This document shows, piece after piece, positions 9,680 through 17,745 of a stretch of 20,000 nucleotides of DNA. The position numbers and the translations under genes are program-made. Position 1 is the first letter of the stretch. Every line of letters begins with the position of its first letter. The notes below the pieces were generated by a model. That model had not been told where the DNA came from and searched no databases. It saw only the letters and a program-made list of their open reading frames with translations. The DNA comes from an uncultured virus (IMG/VR IMGVR_UViG_3300043411_001204) (taxonomy: Duplodnaviria > Heunggongvirae > Uroviricota > Caudoviricetes): IMG/VR virus record IMGVR_UViG_3300043411_001204; one strand, given 5' to 3'.

Positions 9680-9970
9680 GTGAAGCCCACTGACATGACA
9701 ATTCTTAGGGCGCTCCTGGATGCTGGGAAGAAGAACCTATCCACAGCTGAGGCAAAAGCCTTCAAGGGCATGCTATTTGACTTGGAAGGGGGAAAGTACA
9801 TTCGACTGTCCAAGTCTCAACGAGAGTGGGCGGAGAAGAAGTACTATGGTTTACAACTTGACCGCGTGTATCGCGACACTCCACCCCCTCCTGTAGTGTC
9901 CGTAAAACCTAAGACTCCCACCGTGTATGCTTGGGAGCAGAATAAAGTCCTTAAGCCTCCTGGACGGTAG
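9680..9970 (+). CDS. Hypothetical basic protein
   Basis: 96-aa ORF, GTG start preceded by AAGGA; its stop abuts the next ATG. Confidence 0.7.
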   Translation: MKPTDMTILRALLDAGKKNLSTAEAKAFKGMLFDLEGGKYIRLSKSQREWAEKKYYGLQLDRVYRDTPPPPVVSVKPKTPTVYAWEQNKVLKPPGR

Positions 9971-10888
9971 ATGCTCATTCAATTTGACCGCCCCAATCTG
10001 CGAATTGACTCTAGCCGGTACCCTCAACACTTGGTACTCATACTTCTGAGTCGGAATCTCACGCCAACAAGTGTAACTTGTGAGCTTGACTCTTTTGACC
10101 AGCTGTTAGCCCCAACTAGAGTCCACTACCTAGATGGAGATCAGCGTATCATACGAGCTACGTCAGATAATGGCCTACAGGTGTCCGAGTACGCAGTTTC
10201 ATTTGAGTCACTGTACGATCCAGACACTAGAAGGCGGCGCCAGCCTCTGGAGTTCAGGTTAAGAGTCGACTCTCTCTACCTAGAGGACCGAGCTTACCAC
10301 ACAAGGCATGTCGAACTTAACGTAACTTTCCCCTTAGTAGGTGGAGTTGGGACTCTGACTCTAAACCCCACCGCTGGGTTTCAATACGACATAGCATCTT
10401 CAATAGAGTTACGCCCACCCAACATCGTACAGTTGTGCGACTCGACCGAGATTCTCACTAGTTACCGTAGGACTCACGCAGGAAGGGTGCGAAGTCCTGA
10501 GGCGCACGCTCTACGTGATTGGCGAATTGCTAATCCTCAACTCAGTCAGCTAGACTTAGATAGCGTGCGCAGCAGCTTCATCCCTGAGGCTCCCACGGTT
10601 TCCGTCAATTTCCCGTCGCTCGAACAAATTGAGAATGCAGTAACTACATTAACCACTAGCCAGCTCTCGACACTACTAGCCATTGACCCAGAGCAGGCTA
10701 TTGACCTGGAGCGAGAGCGAGAGTTGCTGAGGGAAGAACTTAACCCAAAGGTAGCCCCCCAAGTGCCAACGAGTCGATTCGTTCGACCTAACCTAGACAC
10801 GGACGAATTACTACCGTCTGATGCTAGCTTGGATCAGTCGCCTCCAAAGAGCAGTCTTTCCGGGGAGGGCAAGAGGGAAGGAGACTGA
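9971..10888 (+). CDS. Hypothetical protein (SRFVRP variant motif near C-terminus)
   Basis: 305-aa ORF immediately after the previous stop; the last 78 bp overlap the convergent gene. Confidence 0.68.
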   Translation: MLIQFDRPNLRIDSSRYPQHLVLILLSRNLTPTSVTCELDSFDQLLAPTRVHYLDGDQRIIRATSDNGLQVSEYAVSFESLYDPDTRRRRQPLEFRLRVDSLYLEDRAYHTRHVELNVTFPLVGGVGTLTLNPTAGFQYDIASSIELRPPNIVQLCDSTEILTSYRRTHAGRVRSPEAHALRDWRIANPQLSQLDLDSVRSSFIPEAPTVSVNFPSLEQIENAVTTLTTSQLSTLLAIDPEQAIDLERERELLREELNPKVAPQVPTSRFVRPNLDTDELLPSDASLDQSPPKSSLSGEGKREGD

Positions 10889-11365
10889 AAGTTTCTCATC
10901 CCCTGTGTCCCCACCCCAAAACACGACTTCGTATGCAGTCCAGTCGATGGGCCCAAAAGTCACATCCTTGTCGGCCTTTGGTGCGTAACTTAGGGTTACA
11001 TGTGGCTTGTACACAGGGAAGTTCTTGTTGTATTCGACCCCTGCCTTGTCTAGGGACTTCTTGAGACTTGCATGTAACTCGTGAAGCTCTGGAGAGGTTA
11101 CTGGGCAGATGATAGGGACAACATCCTTGTCTTCTCCCTTAGGGAAAGAGGAAACACGGTCTAACTCTACCGAGAAGGGTTTCGTCTTAGAGACTACCTC
11201 GTAGATGGCCACAATAATGGGTCCTACATCATCGATGGGGAGGTCCTTACCGGTCACAAAAAGGGTGATGTGGTAGTGATTGATCGGCTCCTTGTCTCCA
11301 GGTACGCTCAGACCTGTAAGAAGCCTACCCACCTCTAGTGGTACTCGTAACCCGATAAAGCTCAT
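10811..11365 (-). CDS. 2H phosphoesterase (LigT/ThpR-like RNA 2',3'-cyclic phosphodiesterase fold)
   Basis: Two HxT motifs, YHITLF and YKPHVTLSY, spaced about 90 aa apart; N-terminal FIGL. Start placed at ATG 11365 after GGGGG. Confidence 0.88.
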   Translation of the reverse strand: MSFIGLRVPLEVGRLLTGLSVPGDKEPINHYHITLFVTGKDLPIDDVGPIIVAIYEVVSKTKPFSVELDRVSSFPKGEDKDVVPIICPVTSPELHELHASLKKSLDKAGVEYNKNFPVYKPHVTLSYAPKADKDVTFGPIDWTAYEVVFWGGDTGDEKLSVSFPLALPGKTALWRRLIQASIRR

Positions 11366-11383
11366 ACTACCCCCTGAGCATAA
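11363..11383 (-). promoter_or_regulatory. TTAT-N12-GT-ATG upstream element, copy 3
   Basis: Minus strand reads TTATgctcagggggtaGTATG. Confidence 0.55.
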
Positions 11384-11384
11384 C

Positions 11385-11927
11385 ATGAAACGTCACTCAA
11401 GTCCCGCTCTCGACGACGATAGGATAGATCCACCTACCATAACCCAAGCCTTAACTACGCCTGACACTCCTGACCAGACGACTAAGGAACTTGAGGGAAT
11501 TCAAGAGGAGTTGAGTAGGTTTGTGCTTGGAGGTGGTGCATCCAAAGCGAGAAAAACCCGTAATGCAACCCCATTTGAGGGGTCGGACACGTCAGACTTC
11601 CTGTGGATACTCAACCCTGACATGCTTTTGGCTCGGCGCCGTGCAAGGGCCTGGCTCCTCCGCACTTGGTCTCAAGGGGAACGGACCGCTCTTAATTGGG
11701 ACGAGGATCTTGCTTTCAACGAGAAGGTTAGGCAGCATCTTAGAGATAGGACGGACCCTTGGGATGATTCCGATGCGTCCGTGGACGAGACTATAGCGAA
11801 GTATGAAGCAACGAGGACAACTAGAGAAGCATTTGACCTTCGTGTTGACTACGAGTACAAAAGAATTTTGGACCATGTCCTTGGCGTAGGTGTAGACTAT
11901 GAAAAAGGGGACTCGACGAATGGTTGA
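11385..11927 (+). CDS. Hypothetical protein
   Basis: Long ORF; start uncertain (ATG 11385 is the first ATG not overlapping the divergent gene). Confidence 0.6.
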   Translation: MKRHSSPALDDDRIDPPTITQALTTPDTPDQTTKELEGIQEELSRFVLGGGASKARKTRNATPFEGSDTSDFLWILNPDMLLARRRARAWLLRTWSQGERTALNWDEDLAFNEKVRQHLRDRTDPWDDSDASVDETIAKYEATRTTREAFDLRVDYEYKRILDHVLGVGVDYEKGDSTNG

Positions 11928-12540
11928 TCGGATCGAAGTGGGCGATAGGGTTCGTAGTAATGTTGCATTTGACCCCTTGGTTCACGAGGGAATCGTGCAA
12001 AGCATCAGTCTGGGTTATACGAGTCAAGGCCCTGCCCCCATCCTAAGGATCAAAGTAGATATGAAGGATGGTGTGGCACTCGACCCAACGCACACCTTTG
12101 AGTCTGCTGCGATTCTGTGGGGTAAGGTTCAAGACGACTCGACTACGAAAGATTGGGACAAACCTGTGAAGTCAGACATCTGTGAGACTTGTGGGATATC
12201 CCACTCAAAGGGGCCGTTTACCCCAGAGATGCTTGACCTGTTCGATCGATGGCAGCAAGCTCTCGAAGCAGACCAAGAGGTCATTCTACTTGAGCTTGTC
12301 GATAGGTTCAGGGACCACATGACCCCCATGGATACCTCAGTTCCAGACAGCGTACATAAGCTACTGGCCAAGGCAGATGCAGCAGACGAAAAAGCTAGGC
12401 ATAGTCGCATTGCCATTGGTCGAGTGCTCGTTCACAACCTGAAGGAGATGGCGAATCAGAGCAAGTTGGAGCGCCAACTCTTGAGTGCCTTGCTACCTAA
12501 AACTCAAGCTCCGAAAAAAGAAGAGGGGAGCTTGAATTGA
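11920..12540 (+). CDS. Hypothetical protein (SH3-like N-terminus, CxxC-H segment, helical C-terminus)
   Basis: AAGGGG 9 nt before ATG 11920 (alternative start 11899); IEVGDRVR and CETCGISH segments. Confidence 0.7.
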   Translation: MVDRIEVGDRVRSNVAFDPLVHEGIVQSISLGYTSQGPAPILRIKVDMKDGVALDPTHTFESAAILWGKVQDDSTTKDWDKPVKSDICETCGISHSKGPFTPEMLDLFDRWQQALEADQEVILLELVDRFRDHMTPMDTSVPDSVHKLLAKADAADEKARHSRIAIGRVLVHNLKEMANQSKLERQLLSALLPKTQAPKKEEGSLN

Positions 12541-12815
12541 CCATGCTTATAGCTCCAGACCCAGCTCCAGATGCTCCAGTAGTTGATCCTTCCCCTGAAG
12601 TCCCTCGCTCCCTCCACCTAGACCTGGATGAAATAGAGACCTTCGATAAGGATATCTCCACTCTTAGGGAAGTGGCCCACCAGCACGAGCTAGAGGTTGA
12701 TAGGTTGAAGATCATCCTACGGGGACTCTACGACCGCATCAATGAGCATAGAGATGCTAGGGGTGAGAAGGTCAAGACCCTTATTCTAAAATTGAAGCAG
12801 GTAGCTAGCAAATGA
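12537..12815 (+). CDS. Small coiled-coil hypothetical protein
   Basis: GGGGAG upstream; overlaps neighbours by 4 bp at both ends. Confidence 0.7.
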   Translation: MTMLIAPDPAPDAPVVDPSPEVPRSLHLDLDEIETFDKDISTLREVAHQHELEVDRLKIILRGLYDRINEHRDARGEKVKTLILKLKQVASK

Positions 12816-13063
12816 AGATGCCAGCCCCTGGCTTTCCCGGCCCACCTAACTCCGCCCGATCCTGGTCCTTGAGGGAGAGCTACATGCTCTACAGCTCAGG
12901 ATTTAGAGACGGAGCAAGCACAAAGGCAATGCGTTCCAATTGTAAGGGGGCTCTCCCTTACGACCAAGGCTATGCCGATGGGCAAAAAGCATACCAAAGC
13001 GCAGTAGGATCCTACTGCAAGGCCATAGGGCATACGCCCTCGATTCTCAGGACGACCGAGTAG
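12812..13063 (+). CDS. Small hypothetical protein (GFRDG / YDQGYADG motifs)
   Basis: 83-aa ORF, ATGA-coupled to the upstream gene. Confidence 0.65.
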   Translation: MKMPAPGFPGPPNSARSWSLRESYMLYSSGFRDGASTKAMRSNCKGALPYDQGYADGQKAYQSAVGSYCKAIGHTPSILRTTE

Positions 13064-13104
13064 GTAAGTTGGAGCACCAACTCTTGACCTCAAGAAAAGG
13101 CCCC

Positions 13105-13827
13105 ATGCCCAAAGATCCAGCTCCAGTAGAGGATACAGTAGCTATTGTCATCTACTGCCACATACATCGAGAGTCTGGAAAAAGGTACGTTGGACAGACC
13201 CGTCTAACGATGCGACGACGATGGCTGCAACACCTTGGTTGTGTCCGCCGTGGTTCTACTTACTTTTTTCACGCAGCAATCCGTAAGTACGGTGCTGACG
13301 CGTTTGATCACATCGTGCTTGAGGGAGTTGACTCTAAAGAGGCCGCCAACGAGGCCGAGAAACGTTGGATTACGCTATACAAGTCCAACAATAGTGCGCT
13401 TGGGTACAATCTCCATTCAGGGGGTGGGGGAGCAGCAAGAGATCCAAGCCCAGAAGGTAAACTGCGACGATCTCTTATCGCACAAGCACGCGAAGCAGCT
13501 ATGACCCCCGAGCAGAAAACAGCTCGGGCAATGCGTGGTCTTGCAGGTCTGTCGCCAGAGCAACGCAGCGAAATTGCTCGGCGACGTGAAGCCAATAGGA
13601 CCCCAGAAGCACGCTCACTGAGCATGCGACATGCCCGTCAAGCTCAAAACCCAAAACCCAGGAAAGAACCTACACCTCGCAAACTATTGACGCCGGAACA
13701 GCGTAGAGAAGCGATCCTATTGCGTGAGGCAAGAAAAACGCCGGAACAACGCAGTGAGGCCGTAAGAAAAGGTCACGCAAAGCGAACACCGGAAGCCAAA
13801 ACCCGCTGCCGTACGGAGAATGGTTGA
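13105..13827 (+). CDS. Free-standing GIY-YIG homing endonuclease with C-terminal TPEQR-type helical repeats
   Basis: VIYCHIH...YVGQT...RRWLQH...AIRKYGADAF...EKRWI...GYNL..GG. Six [TS]PE[QA][RK] repeats. AAAGG before ATG 13105. Confidence 0.88.
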   Translation: MPKDPAPVEDTVAIVIYCHIHRESGKRYVGQTRLTMRRRWLQHLGCVRRGSTYFFHAAIRKYGADAFDHIVLEGVDSKEAANEAEKRWITLYKSNNSALGYNLHSGGGGAARDPSPEGKLRRSLIAQAREAAMTPEQKTARAMRGLAGLSPEQRSEIARRREANRTPEARSLSMRHARQAQNPKPRKEPTPRKLLTPEQRREAILLREARKTPEQRSEAVRKGHAKRTPEAKTRCRTENG

Positions 13828-13894
13828 AGCTAAACGCAAGGCACTCAAGATCGGATGACTCCCTTCCTGACTTACGGAACTGAGAAGGGGCCTA

Positions 13895-13930
13895 AAGGGG
13901 CGGATGCTAAGCATCCGCCCCTTCTTTGTT
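13895..13930. terminator. Rho-independent terminator between convergent genes, probably bidirectional
   Basis: Perfect 13-bp stem aaggggcggatgc-taa-gcatccgcccctt followed by ctttgtt. Confidence 0.85.
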
Positions 13931-13940
13931 AAGAGTAAAC

Positions 13941-14420
13941 CTAGAATCGGTCATAGCGAGATTTAGGGGTGGCGTGTCTCACTGCCTCGATTACCCTGAG
14001 GCACTTGGCCTTATCTAGAAAGCCTATCCTTAGGTAGTCCTGTGGTACACCTAAGAGGGTGTGAATCTCCCCATACTCACACTTACTCATGTCCCAAAAG
14101 GTATGTATAGCCTCATACGCTTGATGCCGTAGCTTTCGCGTCTCAGCGTTTGCAGGAAACCCTAGTGGTTTAGCAGAGCGATTACAAGAGAGGGATCCTT
14201 TACATTGGGTCTCTCTCCAATTGACGCAACCGTAGAAAATGCCGAACTTACTGTCCTTCAGGATGAGCAGTGCTCCACAGTCTGGACACTCCAGGTCATA
14301 CCTTTGCTTTGGGTAGGTTTGAGCCAGGACTTCCCGACTGGTCAATCTCATGGGGACCTCGAATGGAAAGGGGTCCTCAGAAGTTAACGCTAACCCAATA
14401 GAGTTGTCATCAAATGCCAT
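13941..14420 (-). CDS. Zinc-finger protein, DUF3268/topoisomerase Zn-ribbon-like, ending in SRYDRF
   Basis: CPDCG...FYGC...CKG, PLGFPANAETRKLRHQAY, IGFLDKAKCLRVI. Confidence 0.75.
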   Translation of the reverse strand: MAFDDNSIGLALTSEDPFPFEVPMRLTSREVLAQTYPKQRYDLECPDCGALLILKDSKFGIFYGCVNWRETQCKGSLSCNRSAKPLGFPANAETRKLRHQAYEAIHTFWDMSKCEYGEIHTLLGVPQDYLRIGFLDKAKCLRVIEAVRHATPKSRYDRF

Positions 14421-14889
14421 TGGACCCTGGTACGAGTTGGAATGTAGTCGGAGGTAGAAACTCTGCCAAGCTCTCTTGAGTGTAACCTAAACTCATCCAA
14501 CGGTCAGGTGGGGCCAGTTTCTTCCAATTGGTAATTGGAGCGCATCGAATTGCGGTCAACCAAAATTGCAGTAGAGCCCCTGCCCGCTTCACTTGGACGT
14601 ACTTACGGTCTGGCAGTAGTTTCTGGTGCAGCGCCCTACCGAGATGTTCTACCCGTGCCAGAATCAGACTTGAGTCGGGAGTGAAGACTAGAGTGGGGTG
14701 GAAGGTTGGGTGGTACTTTCGCACCTCTAAGGACTGAGCCATGCCGTAGATGAGAGTTGCGTCCACTATCTCTACGTCTGGATTAGCTGAAGAAACCCCT
14801 CGTGCGTGAGGGTTGGTGTATAGAGTTTGCTGCCCCTGTGTAGGAGAAACTCTAAGTAGCAAGTTGTGTACCTCAAGGGGGGAGACCAT
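14410..14889 (-). CDS. Hypothetical protein
   Basis: 159-aa ORF overlapping the start of the next gene; CGGTGTAG lies 9 nt upstream of its ATG. Confidence 0.65.
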   Translation of the reverse strand: MVSPLEVHNLLLRVSPTQGQQTLYTNPHARGVSSANPDVEIVDATLIYGMAQSLEVRKYHPTFHPTLVFTPDSSLILARVEHLGRALHQKLLPDRKYVQVKRAGALLQFWLTAIRCAPITNWKKLAPPDRWMSLGYTQESLAEFLPPTTFQLVPGSNGI

Positions 14890-14930
14890 ATCTACAAACT
14901 ACACCGCTGGGGAGGGCATGCACTTAAAAT

Positions 14931-14959
14931 TTGAACTCACCTCCGAGATGGGGTACAAG
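14931..14959 (+). promoter_or_regulatory. Possible sigma70-like promoter
   Basis: TTGAAC-17 nt-TACAAG in the divergent intergenic region upstream of 15072. Confidence 0.3.
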
Positions 14960-15071
14960 TCATCGGCTCTTAATTTTCGGACTGCGCTTAGACTAACAAA
15001 CCTATTGGTAGCTAGTCGACCACTAACCTGGCCGACTTTTACTGCTACCTTAACTCGAAAGGGATACTGTT

Positions 15072-15722
15072 TTGGATATCGTAATTGCTTGGATCGTGGC
15101 CCTCATTGTCTCCGCTGCTCCTCCTGGACGTACTCAGTATTTCCCGGACGCAAAGGAAACTGAGGCTGAGACCCTTACGCGGTACAATGAGATTGCTAGA
15201 GACGTCGTGGAGGTGGTCTATGACCGAAATGAACGTCCTCTTTTTTCTGGCCCTTACGGCAGAGCTAACACTGTAACCGTAGTACTTGCTGTAATGACCT
15301 ACGAGTCCCATTTCCGCAAGGATGTGGACTTTGGTAGAGGTAAGTTCTCAAAGGGTGACGGCGGGAGGTCCTGGGGCCTTATGCAAGTCAACCTAGGGGC
15401 CCGCCGAATCGAATTGGTGACAGCTAGTCCAGGGTTTGCGTTCACCTCCGACCCTAATCGAGGGTGGAGTGGAGAGGACCTTGTTCGGGATCGAAAAAAG
15501 GGCGTGCGAGCTGGTCTTGCAATTCTGCGATCCTCTTTTGCCTGCGGTAAGCCAGACCTTGAAAAACTAAACGCTTACGCCTCAGGTAAGTGTGATAGTG
15601 GTCAGGCTGAGAGCAAAACTAGAATGGGTCTAGCGTTGCTATGGCAAACTACTCGTAGACCGTCCTTCACGGATAATGATGTGTTGCGATGGCTTACACA
15701 ACCAGTAAGGAGCCCCGAATGA
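15072..15722 (+). CDS. Lytic transglycosylase (SLT/lysozyme-like) with N-terminal hydrophobic signal or anchor
   Basis: MDIVIAWIVALIVSAAPP; catalytic-type VMTYES; GDGGRSWGLMQVN; LNAYASG. TTG start after AAAGGG. Confidence 0.75.
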   Translation: MDIVIAWIVALIVSAAPPGRTQYFPDAKETEAETLTRYNEIARDVVEVVYDRNERPLFSGPYGRANTVTVVLAVMTYESHFRKDVDFGRGKFSKGDGGRSWGLMQVNLGARRIELVTASPGFAFTSDPNRGWSGEDLVRDRKKGVRAGLAILRSSFACGKPDLEKLNAYASGKCDSGQAESKTRMGLALLWQTTRRPSFTDNDVLRWLTQPVRSPE

Positions 15723-16147
15723 CGACTCACCTATCAAAGCATGAGATCAAGGACCTCAAAGAGCGGATCCACGCTACCAATGGCAATGGCGCAAATATCG
15801 GTAGGGCCAACGACTACCTGCTTCGCCTTATCAACGAGGTAGAGGAACTCAGAGACCGTGTCTCACGTCCTCGCTCCCTATGTGGCGTGCTGCGTGTAGG
15901 AGAAATGACTGTAAAGAAGGCCTCAAAAGTAGAAGAGACCTTGACGGTTGTTGAGGAGAAGGTGCAAGTAACTGAGCTTGTAGCTGATCTGACTACGACA
16001 ATAGAAGTACCAACCCCTGCGGATTTCGTTGTAGTGGACCCGCAGGAGCCAGAGTCTCACTCAAGTGAACCTCTTCCCGAGGCTTCTGAGGTCCATGAAG
16101 AGCCTCAGGAGGAGGTGCGAGGCAAGGGGAAGAAGAAGGGTAGGTAA
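15719..16147 (+). CDS. Hypothetical protein with acidic, likely disordered C-terminal half and basic tip
   Basis: AAGGAG before ATG 15719; ATGA overlap with the upstream stop. Confidence 0.7.
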   Translation: MTTHLSKHEIKDLKERIHATNGNGANIGRANDYLLRLINEVEELRDRVSRPRSLCGVLRVGEMTVKKASKVEETLTVVEEKVQVTELVADLTTTIEVPTPADFVVVDPQEPESHSSEPLPEASEVHEEPQEEVRGKGKKKGR

Positions 16148-16150
16148 CCC

Positions 16151-17002
16151 CTACTCCTCTCGCTTGAGGGCCTCATCTAACAAGGCTTGCTTTGTTTTGG
16201 GGCCCACGACTCCATCTGGAGTTAGGTTGTGTGCTAGCTGAAATTGCTGAATGGCATTCTTGGTTTTTGGGCCAAGAATGCCATCGGCTGATCCTAGATC
16301 GAACCCCTCAGCTATCAGCTCTCGCTGCCATTGTGCAACGTCCTCAAAGTCAGCTAGGGTGAGCTTTGGCGGAGTCACACTAGGGTCGGAGAGTCCCATC
16401 ACGTCCTCATAGGCAGTAGAGCCCATGAAGGCCTTGAATGAGGGTCGCATCCCCTTCGCATAAGCACCAGCTTCAGCTGAAAAGTAGCCTTTAGCTCTAA
16501 GGCATACTGCAAACTCGTCACAATCCCCAACGAGGACTCCCTTAGTCCACCCTTCAGCATAACGCTTTTTCAGGAAGCGTACATGGTCTCTCATGGCCTC
16601 GTTCAAAGAAGCGAATGCCCGAAACCTAGTCTGAGGATGTGGGGGCTTGAAGATAATCGAAACCCTTTTTGGACCTACAGCTTTTGCGTGGTCTGCGCTA
16701 GGGTCTGCGACTGCCTCCCCGTTGGCAATCAATCGAGCAGCCTCTGCCGGGTTAAATCCTTCCCATACGCCATTCAGGTACTGGTAGTCGTAGCCGTCTC
16801 CAGATACCTTTTTGACGTTACCAATATTCCAGTTCCAGCATGCCCTGTTGCCAGTTTCGACCATGTATTGGGCCCAGAGGACTCCAATACTCGCCTTCGA
16901 TGGAAGGCCCTCTTCCACCAAGCTCCAAGCCTCCACGACAGCTTGGACGTAGAGTTGTGGGGTGAGTTTCGTAGCAAGCTTAGGGACAAGTTGGTTGGCC
17001 AT
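16151..17002 (-). CDS. Endolysin-like protein: GH73/glucosaminidase-like domain plus C-terminal PG_binding_1 domain
   Basis: AQYMVETG...NWNIGNVK...FRAFASLNEA...GYFSA; C-terminal ADGILGPKTKNAIQQFQLAHNLTPDGVVGPKT. Confidence 0.85.
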   Translation of the reverse strand: MANQLVPKLATKLTPQLYVQAVVEAWSLVEEGLPSKASIGVLWAQYMVETGNRACWNWNIGNVKKVSGDGYDYQYLNGVWEGFNPAEAARLIANGEAVADPSADHAKAVGPKRVSIIFKPPHPQTRFRAFASLNEAMRDHVRFLKKRYAEGWTKGVLVGDCDEFAVCLRAKGYFSAEAGAYAKGMRPSFKAFMGSTAYEDVMGLSDPSVTPPKLTLADFEDVAQWQRELIAEGFDLGSADGILGPKTKNAIQQFQLAHNLTPDGVVGPKTKQALLDEALKREE

Positions 17003-17020
17003 ACCAACCTGTCCCTATAA
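17000..17020 (-). promoter_or_regulatory. TTAT-N12-GT-ATG upstream element, copy 4
   Basis: Minus strand reads TTATagggacaggttgGTATG. Confidence 0.55.
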
Positions 17021-17031
17021 AAAGGTTACGC

Positions 17032-17745
17032 CTACCAGGTAACCTTAGACGCTAATCTACCTGCGAACGGCTTCCCCGGTGTGGTCAAAGGGGTATCAGA
17101 CGTTCTATCCAAGTAGTCTTTGATCACCTGAGGAATCCCTCCGCTAACCAAGGACTGAGCGGATCTCTTCAAGAAGTCAAAGTCCCCCTCTCCTACCTCA
17201 AGTGTAAGGTCCACGGGTATCGTTGCCATTTCCACCTCAGAGCTGTGGGTATCAGCAGACTTGGGTTGATCTGTACGTACGATCTTGATCGTGTGCGCCC
17301 CAATTCGCTTCAAGGCTTTGGCTTCATTGATGAACCTGGTATCTGGGATAAGAACCTGTGGAGTGCCTTGGGCCTCTTGGACCTCCTGAGTGAGCATCTG
17401 AATCCAGAAGTCATCCTGGGCTCGCCTCACGTACTCAGTACCAAAAAACTGAAGGACTTCTCGTGGATTGGTAGCTACCTTACCAGCTGCTAGTAGAGGC
17501 AAACTTGACTCTTTGCGCATCTGTTCAAGGTACCTATCCATCTCGATTGGCTGGCTGAGTGGGACCTCTTTGAAGTCTTGGTTGTATAGCTGGTCGTGGG
17601 TCAAGCCAAACACTCGACCTGCCATCTCCTTAAGCGACTTCGCGAAGTGGGTGATCTTGAAGTTCGGGTTAGCCTCCTGGACAAGCTTGGCAAACGTGTC
17701 CTTCCCGTGCCCCTTGTTACCTAGAATTCCGTACACTTCTGACAT
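17032..17745 (-). CDS. Deoxynucleoside monophosphate kinase (T4 gp1-like)
   Basis: GILGNKGHGKDT, HFAKSLKE, PREVLQFFGTEYVR, IPDTRFINE, THSSE. Confidence 0.9.
   Translation of the reverse strand: MSEVYGILGNKGHGKDTFAKLVQEANPNFKITHFAKSLKEMAGRVFGLTHDQLYNQDFKEVPLSQPIEMDRYLEQMRKESSLPLLAAGKVATNPREVLQFFGTEYVRRAQDDFWIQMLTQEVQEAQGTPQVLIPDTRFINEAKALKRIGAHTIKIVRTDQPKSADTHSSEVEMATIPVDLTLEVGEGDFDFLKRSAQSLVSGGIPQVIKDYLDRTSDTPLTTPGKPFAGRLASKVTW

Noticed and set aside
13798..13805. Programmed ribosomal frameshift at AAAACCCG
   Set aside because: The required shift is +1 and the site does not fit common slippery patterns; a simple indel is more parsimonious.
13064..13940. Group I intron around the GIY-YIG gene
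   Set aside because: The flanking genes are convergent and complete, with no split host gene and no room for an intron core.
17035..17064. C-terminal GRLASKV (and HVATRVS, WRRLIQAS) as extra copies of the RVxxR[FY] motif
   Set aside because: The matches are too degenerate to count without genome-wide statistics.
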